DNA of 64,000 nucleotides, from positions 22,444,001 through 22,508,000 of the forward strand of contig OX597818.1 of the NCBI GenBank assembly GCA_951406725.2, given 5' to 3'. This DNA comes from Octopus vulgaris (taxonomy: Eukaryota). Of the stretch, positions 1 through 10,480 are shown in pieces. Below the pieces are notes generated by a model that was not told the DNA's origin, did no database searches, and worked only from the letters and a program-made list of their open reading frames with translations. A program made the position numbers and the translations under genes. How positions within the stretch are numbered: the first letter of the stretch is position 1; each line of letters begins with the position of its first letter.

Positions 1-136
1 GTATTTATTTATTAGAATTTTTCCTCAAAGGAAGCAGCTGGTTTCTAACAAAGAAATAGAATGTTCATCCCTAGAATTTGGATAGCAACAACTCTTGCTT
101 TATATTGAACTTCAGTGGCGGTGTGGTAAGTAGCTT

Positions 137-287
137 GCAGGAGTGGCTGTGTGGTAAGTAGCTTGTTCACCAACCACATGGTTCCGGGTTCAGTCCCACT
201 GCGTAGCACCTAGGGCAAGTGTCTTCTACTATAGCCTTGTGAGTAGATTTGGTAGATGGAAACTGAAAGAAGCCCATTGTATATATG

Positions 288-323
<36 letters not shown>

Positions 324-540
324 CGTGTATGTTTGTGTGTCTGTGTTTGTCTCCCTAGCATTGCTTGACAACCGATGCTGGTGTGTTTATGTCCCCTGTC
401 ACTTAGCGGTTCAGCAAAAGAGACCGATAGAATAAGTACTGGGCTTACAAAGAATAAGTCCCGGGGTTGAGTTGCTTGATTAAAGGTGGTGCTCCAGCAT
501 GGCCACAGTCAAAATGACTGAAACAAGTAAAAAGAGAAAA
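137..540 (+). mobile_element. tRNA-derived SINE, 'family A' (CORE-like ccttgggcaagtgtcttc, internal AT/GT microsatellite)
   Basis: A-box TGGCTGTGTGG and B-box-like GGTTCAGTCCC. Nearly the same sequence recurs many times in the window. Confidence 0.85.
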
Positions 541-674
541 AGAGAGAGAAAGTGTTGCATATTTTTACTCTTCTGCTTACACATCGTGTTCGTAAAGTGG
601 CTGTTAGATGATCTTTTACCTTACCTGAAAAGTAAGGTCACATAAGACATTTACTAAAGAAATTGTTTACTTAC

Positions 675-775
675 TGGCCTTCCATAACACACCACCCACA
701 TGCTGGGTTTCCTTCTTTGATACAGGCATCACATGTAGTCTTGGAGTCACAGTCAAGGAAATCTATCATGGCTAC
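675..775 (-). CDS. Plexin coding exon 4 (first PSI domain); too short for the ORF track
   Basis: Acceptor ctttacttgcAG and donor CA|GTAAGT; 101 nt, phase 0/2. Hand translation VAMIDFLDCDSKTTCDACIKEGNPACGWCVMEG contains the PSI signature C-x5-C-x2-C...P-x-CGWC. Confidence 0.9.
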
Positions 776-1017
776 CTGCAAGTAAAGAACAGAACAATAT
801 TGGTCAGTTACATGGAAACACAAAGGCAATAGTTGAGTAGCTCAAAATAAAAATTATATGGCTTTGCTAGTTGAAGGGCTCTATCTAAGACCCTTTATGG
901 AGATCCTCTGAGATTTGTAAGGTGGAGGGAAAAAAAAGAGAAAGATTTTGATAGAAGCCCATCATATATATATATATATATATACTTTATTTAAAAGCAG
1001 TAGAAATATAACAAAAG

Positions 1018-1055
1018 CTGTTACTCGGAGTTTCACGTTCTCATTCGTCGGACAG
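1018..1055 (-). ncRNA. Minimal type I hammerhead ribozyme-like motif (Penelope-type), core variant CCGACGA
   Basis: Minus strand reads ctgt-CCGACGA-atg(agaa)cgt-GAAA-ctc(c)gag-TA-acag. Stems I, II and III all pair, with one core deviation from CUGANGA. Confidence 0.55.
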
Positions 1056-1387
1056 TAAAGCATATTACTCTACCACTGGTACTTGAGTACTCTTTTTTCC
1101 ACCTTGTTTCACATTTATGTGCTTACTCCGGTATATATATATATATAAAATACAAAATGGGACAGGAATGCAAAACATCTGGACAACTGGGTGATACAAA
1201 AAGGGACAACAAAACATCCAGATAGACGATACAAAAAAACAAGGATGGATCACTTGAAGCTTTCTATCCTCAGTCAAGAACCGGATCATCCTCACAATTT
1301 TGGCTGATTAATCTTGACTCATATATATATACGAGTGAGAGGACAAATGAAGAAAAGGGCACTCAATACATTTATTAGGAGTTACAT

Positions 1388-1516
1388 GTATTATTCAAAA
1401 CAGTGATTCAGAATCCATGCCACTTCAAGTTTTGCAGGCCCCCAACAGAGCCTGTTTCTTCAGGCCAGTGGAGACAGGGTCTGTCAGGGGCTTGCAAAAC
1501 TGTTTTGAATAATATA
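1388..1516. repeat. Foldback with a decayed hammerhead core (probable Penelope terminal-repeat remnant)
   Basis: gttttgcaggcccc...ggggcttgcaaaac and tattattcaaaacagt...actgttttgaataata are inverted pairs. The minus strand has CTGAAGA-caggc..gcctg-cAAAAC. Confidence 0.55.
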
Positions 1517-1673
1517 TCAATTCAAACTAAAGTAATCAAACAAATAATATACCAAATCAGACACTTATATTTATACTAAATAGTGACAATTATAATTCTC
1601 CTTTTTGGTGAAACCTTACAAACTGCTGTTTATATTAATTATATATATTATATATAAATATATATGAAATAAG

Positions 1674-1790
<117 letters not shown>

Positions 1791-1857
1791 GGGAGTATAA
1801 CTCCAAACTTACAGGGAAAAATTCAATTTAGTATTAAATCAATTTTCACAATATAAA

Positions 1858-2062
1858 TATATAAAATATAAATTAGAGATAAAACCACTATTATGCAACT
1901 CAAACAGTGATAGACATAAACCAATACATAAATAACAAGTAATATATATTTAAAAAAAATTAATTATTATATATATTACTTGTTATTTATGTATTGGTTT
2001 ATGTCTATCACTGTTTGAGTTGCATAATAGTGGTCTTATCTCTAATTTATATTTTATATATA
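1858..2062. repeat. Near-perfect inverted repeat, ~90-bp arms and ~20-bp spacer
   Basis: The arm ...aattagagataaaaccactattatgcaactcaaacagtgatagacataaaccaatacataaataacaagtaatat has its reverse complement starting at ~1970; one mismatch seen. Confidence 0.92.
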
Positions 2063-2081
2063 TATATATATATAAAATATA

Positions 2082-2126
<45 letters not shown>

Positions 2127-2130
<4 letters not shown>

Positions 2131-2333
2131 AAATAAGCAACAGAATATCAAGAGGTGATGCAGTAAGATTGTTTCAAGTGGCTTCATTTAATTGAACAAT
2201 GCAATCATTACATCAATTTATAAACAATCACCCATAGTACCCCACGGTAATATTTCCTCTGTATTCAGTTAAATGGAGCCACTTGAAACGGTCATACTGA
2301 ATCAACTCTTGATATCCTGTTGCTTATTTTGAT
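2127..2333. repeat. Imperfect inverted repeat, ~70-bp arms and ~67-bp loop
   Basis: atcaaaataagcaacagaatatcaagag...catttaattgaa pairs with ttcagttaaatgg...ctcttgatatcctgttgcttattttgat. Confidence 0.88.
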
Positions 2334-2779
2334 TTTATTCACCTTACTTTGAATTGTATGGATAAATACTGCACTGATTTGGTACTTCAACTTAAGTGCC
2401 TAATTCAACTGAATCTCAGTTATTTCTATATATATATATATATGTATGTTTAGTGTTAGTCACCCACCACTGCTTGGCAACCAGTGATAATTTGTTTACA
2501 TTCAGATAACTTAGCAGCTCAGCAAAAGAGACTGATAGTATAAGTACCAGGCTTGAAAAATAAGTACTGGGATTAATTTGTTCAACTAAACTCTTCAAAG
2601 TAATGCCATAGCATATCACAGCCCAATGACTGACACAAAAATACCCTACACACTGTGAAAGCCAATTAAATAGAAATAAAATCAAAAATTTATTCTTTCT
2701 CTGCAGCCTGGTACTAAATAATCCACAGCCCAACAGTTGGGGTCCTTGCTGCAGACGATATACTACTACTGTATAAAAG

Positions 2780-3116
2780 ATTCCCTTTGGTCATGAATGA
2801 CCATAGGATTGCACCTAGAAAGTTTCCTATTTGAGGCACAAGTCCAAGCAAGGTTGTTTATAGAAAACCAGCTGTTGCCATGCATACCAGTCTCTCCTCT
2901 CCATGCCACTGATGTTATCCAAGGGAAAGGCAAAGACCAATACAGCTGGGCACCAGTGACATTGCAATTCATTTCTACAGCTGAGTGAACTGGAGCAACA
3001 TGAAGTAAAGAGTCTTGCTCAAGAACACAATACACAGCCTGGTCCAGGAATTGAACTTACTACCTTATGATTGTGAGCCCAATGCTCTATCTAACTACTG
3101 AGTCATATGCCTTCAC
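2780..3116 (-). mobile_element. SINE family B, abutting the 5' end of the RTE
   Basis: Reverse complement of 22379-22712. Related heads occur at ~23610-23727(-), 32282-32590(+), 32740-32888(-), 43265-43420(-) and 43983-44220(+). Confidence 0.8.
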
Positions 3117-5472
3117 ATATGCTGCACAGTATAATCTGCATAGGGACATACTCATCAAGAAATTTGATGAGAGGGAAGAGGAGCTTCAGACGTCAGACAT
3201 AGAAGGTAGCTGGGAATTCCTACGGGACAGCTTGTTGAGTGCCACAGACCAAGTTTGTGGATGGTGCGAAGTCCCTTCCAGACCTAGAATTACGTGGTGG
3301 TGGAATAGTGCAGTAGATAAAGCCATCTGTGAAAAGAGACGGGCCTGGAAAGCCTGGAAGGATGGGGGCAGCAGGGAACTGTACCAGATAGCCAAAAGGG
3401 AGGCTGGGCGGCAGGTATACATTGCCAAAGATGTAGCAGAAAAGAAGAAGTTTGCCAATGTCCAGCGTCGCGAGGATCAAAGAGCTGAAGTATTTCGGAT
3501 TGCCAGACAGTGTGTCAGAGAAAATAGCGATGTTATAGGAGAGAAATGTGTCCGCATGGATGATGGGGCACTTGCTTTTACTACTAGTGAAAAGAAAGAG
3601 GCTTGGAGAAGCCATTATGAAAGACTGCTGAATGAGGAGAATGAATGGGAGGAGGAGAGCCTGCCAAATGTTGACCCAGTAGAGGGACCAGCTACCCGAA
3701 TAGACAGCTCCCTTGTAGATAAGGCAATTAAGGATATGAAACCAGGCAAAGCCCCTGGCCTATCAGGAATCACTGCTGAGATGCTTAAAACAGCTGGCTA
3801 TGTGGGCCATGCCATAGTCACCCGCATTGTAAACCAGGTAGTTCACAATGGAGCCATACCCAATGACTGGTGCAGCAGTACCATAGTCAACTGCTACAAG
3901 GGTAAGGGTGATGCTCTAGATAGAAATAACTACAGAGGTATCAAACTGTTGGACCAGGTGATGAAGGTCTCAGAGAAGGTCATAACCAATCTCATTAGGG
4001 AGAGAATTTGTTTAGATGAAATGCAGTTCGGTTTTGTACCAGGTAGAAGCACCACTGATGCTATATTCCTGGTCCGACAACTGCAGGAGAAGTACCTAGC
4101 TAAAGATAAACCCCTCTACATAGCTTTTGTAGACTTGGAGAAAGCCTTTGACAGTGTTCCCCATTCCCTTATCTGGTGGTCGATGCGGAAACTGGAGATT
4201 GAAGAATGGCTAATAAGGGCTGTACAGGCTCTATACAGAGAGGCTGTCAGCAAGGTTAGGATTGGCAACGAATATAGTGAAGAATTCCGAGTAGAAGTAG
4301 GTGTGCACCAGGGCTCAGCCCTCAGTCCCCTTTTATTCATCATAGTCCTTCAGGCAATAACAGAGGAATTCAAAACGGGATGCCCCTGGGAGCTCCTCTA
4401 TGCCGATGACCTAGCTCTCATAGCAGAATCACTACCGGAACTAGAAGAGAAATTTCGGGTGTGGAAGCAAGGGTTGGAATCAAAGGGCCTTAGAATAAAT
4501 GTAGCAAAGACCAAAGTATTAGTAAGCAGCAAGAGGTACTCAGCACACATCCCCTCGGGTAGGTGGCCCTGCTCAACCTGTAGGAAAGGTACAGGTAGAA
4601 ACTCCATAAGATGCACCCAATGTAAGTTATGGACACATAAGAGGTGCAGCAACATTAAAGGGAAATTAACAGATAAGATAGCTTTCATGTGCGGCAGATG
4701 CACAGGGACAATAGACACAACAGACACTCAGAAAACAGATTCCATCACACTCCAGGGAGAGAAACTAGAAGTAGTTGATAGTTTCCGCTACCTGGGAGAC
4801 CAAGTTAGTAGCGGAGGTGGATGCACAGAGAGTATCACCACTAGAATACGAATAGCCTGGGCAAAGTTCAGAAAGCTCCTACCCCTACTGGCAACAAAAG
4901 GTCTCTCCCTCAGAGCAAAAGGTAGATTGTATGATGCATGTGTGCGAACTGCCATGCTTCACGGTAATGAAACATGGGCTGTGACTGCAGAAGACATGCG
5001 GAGACTTGAAAGAAATGAAGCTAGCATGATCCGCTGGATGTGTAGTGTCAGTGTGCACGCAAAACAGAGTGTAAGTATCCTGAGAGAAATGCTGGATATA
5101 AGAAGTATCAGATGTGGTGTGCAAGAGCGACGCTTGCGATGGTATGGTCACGTGCTGCGGATGGATGAAGAGAGATGTGTGAAGAAGTGCCACTCCCAAA
5201 CAGTTGAAGGTATCAGGGGGAGAGGTAGACCCAGGAAGACATGGGATGAGGTGGTCAAGCATGACCTCAGAGCATTGGGCCTCACTGAGGCAATGGCGAA
5301 GGACCGAGATCTCTGGAGATATGCTGTGACTACAAAGACCCGGGCTGCTTTCTGCAGCAATTCCACATACCCCCTACCCATTCTAAGTACCCCGGATCCC
5401 CAAAGTACCCTGGATCCCCAAAGTACCCCGATCCCCAAAGTACCCCGGACCTCGTTGCCCCCGTGCCGCTGA
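3067..5472 (+). CDS. RTE reverse transcriptase ORF (first ~18 codons come from the flanking SINE) with an internal PHD-like finger
   Basis: Motifs NYRGIKLL, QFGFVPGRSTTDAIF, FVDLEKAFD, GVHQGSALSPLLF, YADD (4399-4410), FRYLG, RRLRWYGHVLRM and RGRGRPRKTW. Confidence 0.9.
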   Translation: MIVSPMLYLTTESYAFTYAAQYNLHRDILIKKFDEREEELQTSDIEGSWEFLRDSLLSATDQVCGWCEVPSRPRITWWWNSAVDKAICEKRRAWKAWKDGGSRELYQIAKREAGRQVYIAKDVAEKKKFANVQRREDQRAEVFRIARQCVRENSDVIGEKCVRMDDGALAFTTSEKKEAWRSHYERLLNEENEWEEESLPNVDPVEGPATRIDSSLVDKAIKDMKPGKAPGLSGITAEMLKTAGYVGHAIVTRIVNQVVHNGAIPNDWCSSTIVNCYKGKGDALDRNNYRGIKLLDQVMKVSEKVITNLIRERICLDEMQFGFVPGRSTTDAIFLVRQLQEKYLAKDKPLYIAFVDLEKAFDSVPHSLIWWSMRKLEIEEWLIRAVQALYREAVSKVRIGNEYSEEFRVEVGVHQGSALSPLLFIIVLQAITEEFKTGCPWELLYADDLALIAESLPELEEKFRVWKQGLESKGLRINVAKTKVLVSSKRYSAHIPSGRWPCSTCRKGTGRNSIRCTQCKLWTHKRCSNIKGKLTDKIAFMCGRCTGTIDTTDTQKTDSITLQGEKLEVVDSFRYLGDQVSSGGGCTESITTRIRIAWAKFRKLLPLLATKGLSLRAKGRLYDACVRTAMLHGNETWAVTAEDMRRLERNEASMIRWMCSVSVHAKQSVSILREMLDIRSIRCGVQERRLRWYGHVLRMDEERCVKKCHSQTVEGIRGRGRPRKTWDEVVKHDLRALGLTEAMAKDRDLWRYAVTTKTRAAFCSNSTYPLPILSTPDPQSTLDPQSTPIPKVPRTSLPPCR

Positions 5473-5716
5473 CACGTTAAAATGCTCGAACCGATCGTGA
5501 CGATGCCGGACCCTCCGGCCCCTGTGCAGGTGGCACGTAAAAGCACCCAATCCACTCACGGAGTGGTTGGCGTTAGGAAGGGCATCCAGCCGTAGAAACT
5601 CTGCCAGATTCAGACTGGAGCCTGGAGCGGCCCCTGGCTTCCCAGACCCGGTCAAACCGTCCAACCCGTGCTAGCGCGGAAAGCGGACGTTAAACGATGA
5701 TGATGATGATGATGAT
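3122..5716 (+). mobile_element. RTE-clade LINE, 5'-truncated (no APE endonuclease), intronic and antisense to plexin
   Basis: Uninterrupted RT frame, a 3' UTR and a (GAT)n tail ending at 5716. Candidate 5-bp TSD ATATG at 3117-3121 and 5717-5721. Confidence 0.93.
5385..5450 (+). repeat. 17-18 bp minisatellite (AAGTACCCCGGATCCCCA, ~3.7 copies) at the RTE ORF/3' UTR junction
   Basis: Tandem copies are directly visible and translate as STPDPQ STLDPQ STP. Confidence 0.85.
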
Positions 5717-6070
5717 ATATGTTCACACACCTGTACACTCATAGCAATACTGCTGTATACATACATTTGTAAAACCACCTCTACATTCCTACTTGTATAT
5801 AATGACATATACATACCCATATCTGTATATTCCAAATATATACCCACACATGTCTGTGTCCTCACAATGGTGTGATACAAATATATACTTGAACTTGTGT
5901 AACTACAATTATGTATTCACACCTGTATTCCTACATTAACAGAGGAGCCAGCTGCACAGAGACATGAATGGTTTACCGTTAACGGAAATCATATTCTTAT
6001 ATGCATACACTTATACACCCATTTTCAGATATACACACATATACACAAATACACTGTAAAAGAAACAGAG

Positions 6071-6120
<50 letters not shown>

Positions 6121-6337
6121 TGATATAAAGAGATGGAAGTGGAAGAGGGAAAACCTGGTTGGAGTGGGGTGGGGGTGAATGAGAAAGTAGAAATGGGTGT
6201 GGGGAAGAGCGAGAGAGAAAGAGCACAATAGAGAAATAGATAGTTAGAGGTTATGTTAATTAGCTGATGTTAATTAATTAATGTTGACCAAACAAACGAA
6301 GAACTGAAACAAACAACAGTGACATCATGAGCCTCAC

Positions 6338-6466
6338 CTTGTCTCGAGTCATCAGGTACAGGTGTCGTCTGTCCTTTGTGAAAATCAAGTTGGAGAGAAT
6401 TTCTCGATGGTGATCCACCAACAATTGCTCAATGATTTCAGAGCTGCCATCGTCCTTCACAATAAC
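6338..6466 (-). CDS. Plexin coding exon 3 (end of Sema domain)
   Basis: Acceptor cttttacacAG and donor AAG|GTGAGG; 129 nt, phase 0/0. Reads VIVKDDGSSEIIEQLLVDHHREILSNLIFTKDRRHLYLMTRDK. Confidence 0.9.
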
Positions 6467-6813
6467 CTGTGTAAAAGCATAAGATATATATTTATGTCCA
6501 TTTATTCATTTTGTACATACATATGTATTGCATATAAACAACATTCATTCATTCATTCATTGTTGTTTTTTATATACATTATTCCATACTTGCATCCGTT
6601 GGTCAGATCTTCTCCAGCACAATGTCTTGTCAATTGTTGCAGGGCCAAAGCTTGTCAACAGCATCTTCGTACAACATCTTGAGATTAGCTGTCACTGTTA
6701 CTTTCACTTGCAGATAATTTAACCAAACTGCACACACACACACACACACATTCTCTTTCGCTTTCTTATTCACATGTACACACACACATACACAAAATGA
6801 CCATATGACTCAC

Positions 6814-6996
6814 CTTATAGATATAGCCAGTGTTGGTCCCTAAAAACATGAGTGTGTGTTGCCCCACTATCAGTGAAGCAATAGCAGTGAAGTAGGCCCC
6901 AGAATGTTCAAGGACAGGACGTGACATGATGGGTTTTCTGCCATCCAGAGAAGCATGAGGTGTGAAGTTGGTCCCACAGAACTGCAATGGGTCAGT
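6814..6996 (-). CDS. Plexin coding exon 2 (Sema domain, continued)
   Basis: Acceptor ttgttttccAG and donor AAG|GTGAGT; 183 nt, phase 0/0. Reads TDPLQFCGTNFTPHASLDGRKPI...FTAIASLIVGQHTLMFLGTNTGYIYK. Confidence 0.9.
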
Positions 6997-7372
6997 CTGG
7001 AAAACAAATTAAAAAATTGGAAATGGTAACTATTAAAAGGTTAGCTTCATGGGGAACATGTAGGTGTGCATGTTTGTATAATGGAATGTGTGTGTTCATG
7101 CGTTGGAGTGTGTGTTTTGGAGAAAGCTACACACACACACACACACACAGAGGAAGGATACAGATAATGTAGTTCTATGTTTATTATTATCATTATTGCA
7201 AGTTGGCAGAATCGTTAGCATGCTGGGTAAAATACTTAGCAATATTTGGTTTGACTTCATGTTTTGAGTTCTAATTCTGCTGAGGTTGATGCTGCCTTTC
7301 ATTCTTTTGGGGTTGATAAAATAAGTACCAGGCAAAGTTCATCTGACATACATGACCTACATTAGTGTAGGG

Positions 7373-7592
7373 CAGCAGTTCTCAACCATTTCTCACCTGT
7401 GAACCCCTTTGAGTCTTACTTCACTCTACTGAGCCACTATTGACAGTTGATATTTAAAAAAATTCCATTATATTATTAGGAATTGTATAAAAAAATTTAT
7501 TAAAATGTTTTGTGTATTGTAGAAGTATAATTTATTTATTGCACATACAGTCTGACAGCAAAATCTTATGTGGACCCCCCCCACACACACTG
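7373..7592. mobile_element. hAT (Charlie-like) MITE
   Basis: Begins CAGCAGTTCTCAACC. Perfect 8-bp TSD GTGTAGGG at 7365-7372 and 7593-7600; the right TIR is eroded. Confidence 0.75.
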
Positions 7593-7641
7593 GTGTAGGG
7601 GCTGAAATGCATTTGATTAATTATGCTTGATCCTGTCTGAG

Positions 7642-7675
<34 letters not shown>

Positions 7676-8794
7676 ATGACAAGTACACAGACCAGTTGTG
7701 TCTTTTCTCTTCCTTTTTCTATCACTACTACAACATCCCTTACTTTTCTGACTTAGCATTCGGTTAGTTTGTATTGGTGTTATGTCACTAACAGATTCTA
7801 AAGAAAATATAATGCTATCTAATTTTGGTGCAACACCAGCAGTCTTGAGGGGAGGAGGCAAGATGATTACGTTGACCCTGATACTTGACAGGTAATTCAT
7901 TTTATTGACCCTAAAAAGAAGAAATGCAAAGCTGACCTCAGTGAGATTTGAATTTAGAATTACCATTTAAGTATTTGAATGAATATTATCAACAGTTCAG
8001 TCTTGTGCCTTAGTAGTAGTAATTTCTAATTTTGGTACTAGGCCAGCAATTTTGAGGTGACAGGGGGAGTCAATTATATTGGCCCCTAGTACCTGAATGG
8101 TACTTTATTTTATCAAGGAATGAAAGGCAAAGTTCAACCTGGCAGAATTTGAACTCAGAATATAAAGAGTTGGAAGAAATACTGCAAGGCATTTTGTCTG
8201 AGACTCTAACCATTCTGTCACTATCACTATCATCATCACTACCACTAATAAATTATTATAATAAAGAGCTAACAAGAGATTGGCTTTTAAAAATCTGTCA
8301 CATTTGGAAAAAGAGAATGGTAAAAGTGTGTGCGAGAGAGAGGGGGAGAGAGATCCATACTAGCATATGCATACATACAGACATTCATACAAACACTACT
8401 GATGTGCACACACACTACAGTTAGTTGTGTATGCGTATGTGAGAGCAGGAGGTATGTGTATATGAACATAGACTATTAGTGAGAGTATGAGTGTATTTGC
8501 CAGTATCATTTGTTTCAGTCTCTCTCTATTTACTTGACAATTTAATGCATGTGTCTTAGAGCAAATCCTTGTCAGAAAGACTGAACATCCATCTGTCCAT
8601 CCAACTATCTCTATATTTAATAACTGTAATCCTAAATTTCTCTGTAAAATGTGTGTAGTGATATATCCTGGATACAGTTTTCCGACTATCTATATATTGG
8701 TTTTAAATTTTGGCACAAGGCCAGCAATTTTGGGGTTGGGGCTAAGTCAGTTAAGTCAACTGGTTCCTACTTAATCAACCTCGAAAAGATGAAA

Positions 8795-9638
8795 GCATCA
8801 TACTCAGTAACAAAACAGGCAAAGGAATATCTAAGTGAATTCTAAATACAACAAATCCCAGAATTAGATGTACTAGAAACAAGCACAGAAAAAGCTAAGC
8901 GTATGAAAACCCATGCTAAAACTGCTGCCTCAGATATTCTTACTGATAAATGGCAAGAAAAACCTCTCAATGGCAAATACCCAAAGAGAGCTAATATTAC
9001 CAAAGCCCTTACTTATCAATGGTTAGTGTCCTCTGGCTTAAAATCAGAAACAGAAGGGTTTATCATAACAGCCCAAGATCAGTGCCTACCTACAAGAAAC
9101 TACCAGGCCAACATGTTAAAGAACGGCAGCTGTCCAACATATCGTGGATATCAACAACAAAATGAAACCATTGATCATGTTGTCTCCATGAGCAGTCTTC
9201 TTTCGCCTACAGAGTATCTCAATAAAGATCTTGAAATAGAAATTAGCAAAATGTGGAACCTCAAGACTAAAACAATACCTGTTGTCATAGGTGCCCAAGG
9301 AATGATAGCAAAAGGGGCAGATTGCTACCTAGCTCAGCTACCGGGAAATCTCAAAATAGTAGAAATTCAAAAGATAGTACTCATGGGAACTGCCCATATC
9401 CTATGAAAATACTATCTATGTAATCTCAAACTTTAAAACAAACTCATAATTTTCTCATGCTTTCTTAAACATTCTCTAGAACAATACTATGTACAAAACC
9501 AAATATATGACATCCTAGGCATAACACTGACATGAAATTCTAACTCGTTGTCTCTTGAGGTCTCTGGGTGAGATTTGGAGCTAACTTGTACAAATACAAA
9601 GCAAAAGTCAAACATATAATAATAATAATAATAATAAT
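8795..9638 (+). mobile_element. R4/Dong-clade (RLE-type) non-LTR retrotransposon 3' fragment, internally deleted, ending in (AAT)n
   Basis: WQEKPLNGKY, WLVSSGLKSETEGFIITAQDQCLPTRNY, a decayed CCHC knuckle (ETIDHVVS), then DLEIEISKMW..IPVVIGA..IQKIVLMGTAHIL. The RH..PD..D nuclease core is lost at ~9220. Confidence 0.8.
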
Positions 9639-10277
9639 TCACTGCTGTCCTTCCAGGCATAGTTTTGATGTTACTCTTTGAGGCTAGATTCTAAAAAAAA
9701 AAAGTTTTAATAGCAGGAGAGAATAATTGTTTTTGGATTATTTCCATACAGAGAATATTTGAATACTGAGCATCATCACATACAGAACAAAATGTTCTAT
9801 TGTTAAACAAATTTTATCTTGTTCTATTTTGTTTATATTTAAACGTTTTGCAACAAAATGCATGGACTTTGGAAGTGGGGTAAAAAAAACTGAAGTTTCT
9901 GTAGTGAGAGGACCCTAATGATACAGTCTGCAAAAACAACACAGACAAATACAAATGCATGCACATGCGCATGCATGCGCACATATGCATACACACACAA
10001 ACAACATCTGTCAGATTATAAGAACTTCAGAAGACCAGTCTTGCCATTTGCAAATGTAACTTTGAACATGAAACATTTGGATGAAAAAATATTGAATATT
10101 GTATGAGATCAGTATGTTATTAGAGATCTTCTTGGCAAAGGACCAAAGAACCTCCCATAATATAAGAGGTGAGAGACCTTGCGGACTGTGTGATGTATGA
10201 AATCATTCTTATAAAGAAATGTTACCAAAAGTAGACCACCACAGAAAGTGGAGTCTACCATATGTAGAAATGGTGTA

Positions 10278-10480
10278 TACTGTAGATACTCTACAACAAT
10301 ATGTTGGATTTACTGTGGGAATATTGTCACAGTTAATGATACTTACTATGGATACATTACCACAATAAATGAAGTTTAATAGGTACACTACCCCAACAGG
10401 TGTGTGGAACTACTATGGAAATGCTGCTTTAATGAGTAGTGTTCGTTGTGAATATACAACTACAATAAGTGTAATATATC
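10278..10480. repeat. Degenerate 33-bp minisatellite, ~6 units
   Basis: Units start at 10278, 10311, 10344, 10377, 10411 and 10444 (tactRtgga...cacaRtaaatg). Confidence 0.6.

Noticed and set aside
615-640. ttttcAG|GTAAGG on the minus strand, resembling a recursive splice site or the next exon
   Set aside because: It is only ~50 nt from the exon 4 donor, gives an immediate stop if used as an exon, and such motifs arise by chance.
3186-5664. Several minus-strand ORFs overlapping the RTE
   Set aside because: They are antisense shadows of the RT frame with no recognisable protein features.
10278-10480. CRISPR-like regular spacing of palindromic units
   Set aside because: There are no identical repeats with unique spacers and no cas genes, and the context is a eukaryotic intron.
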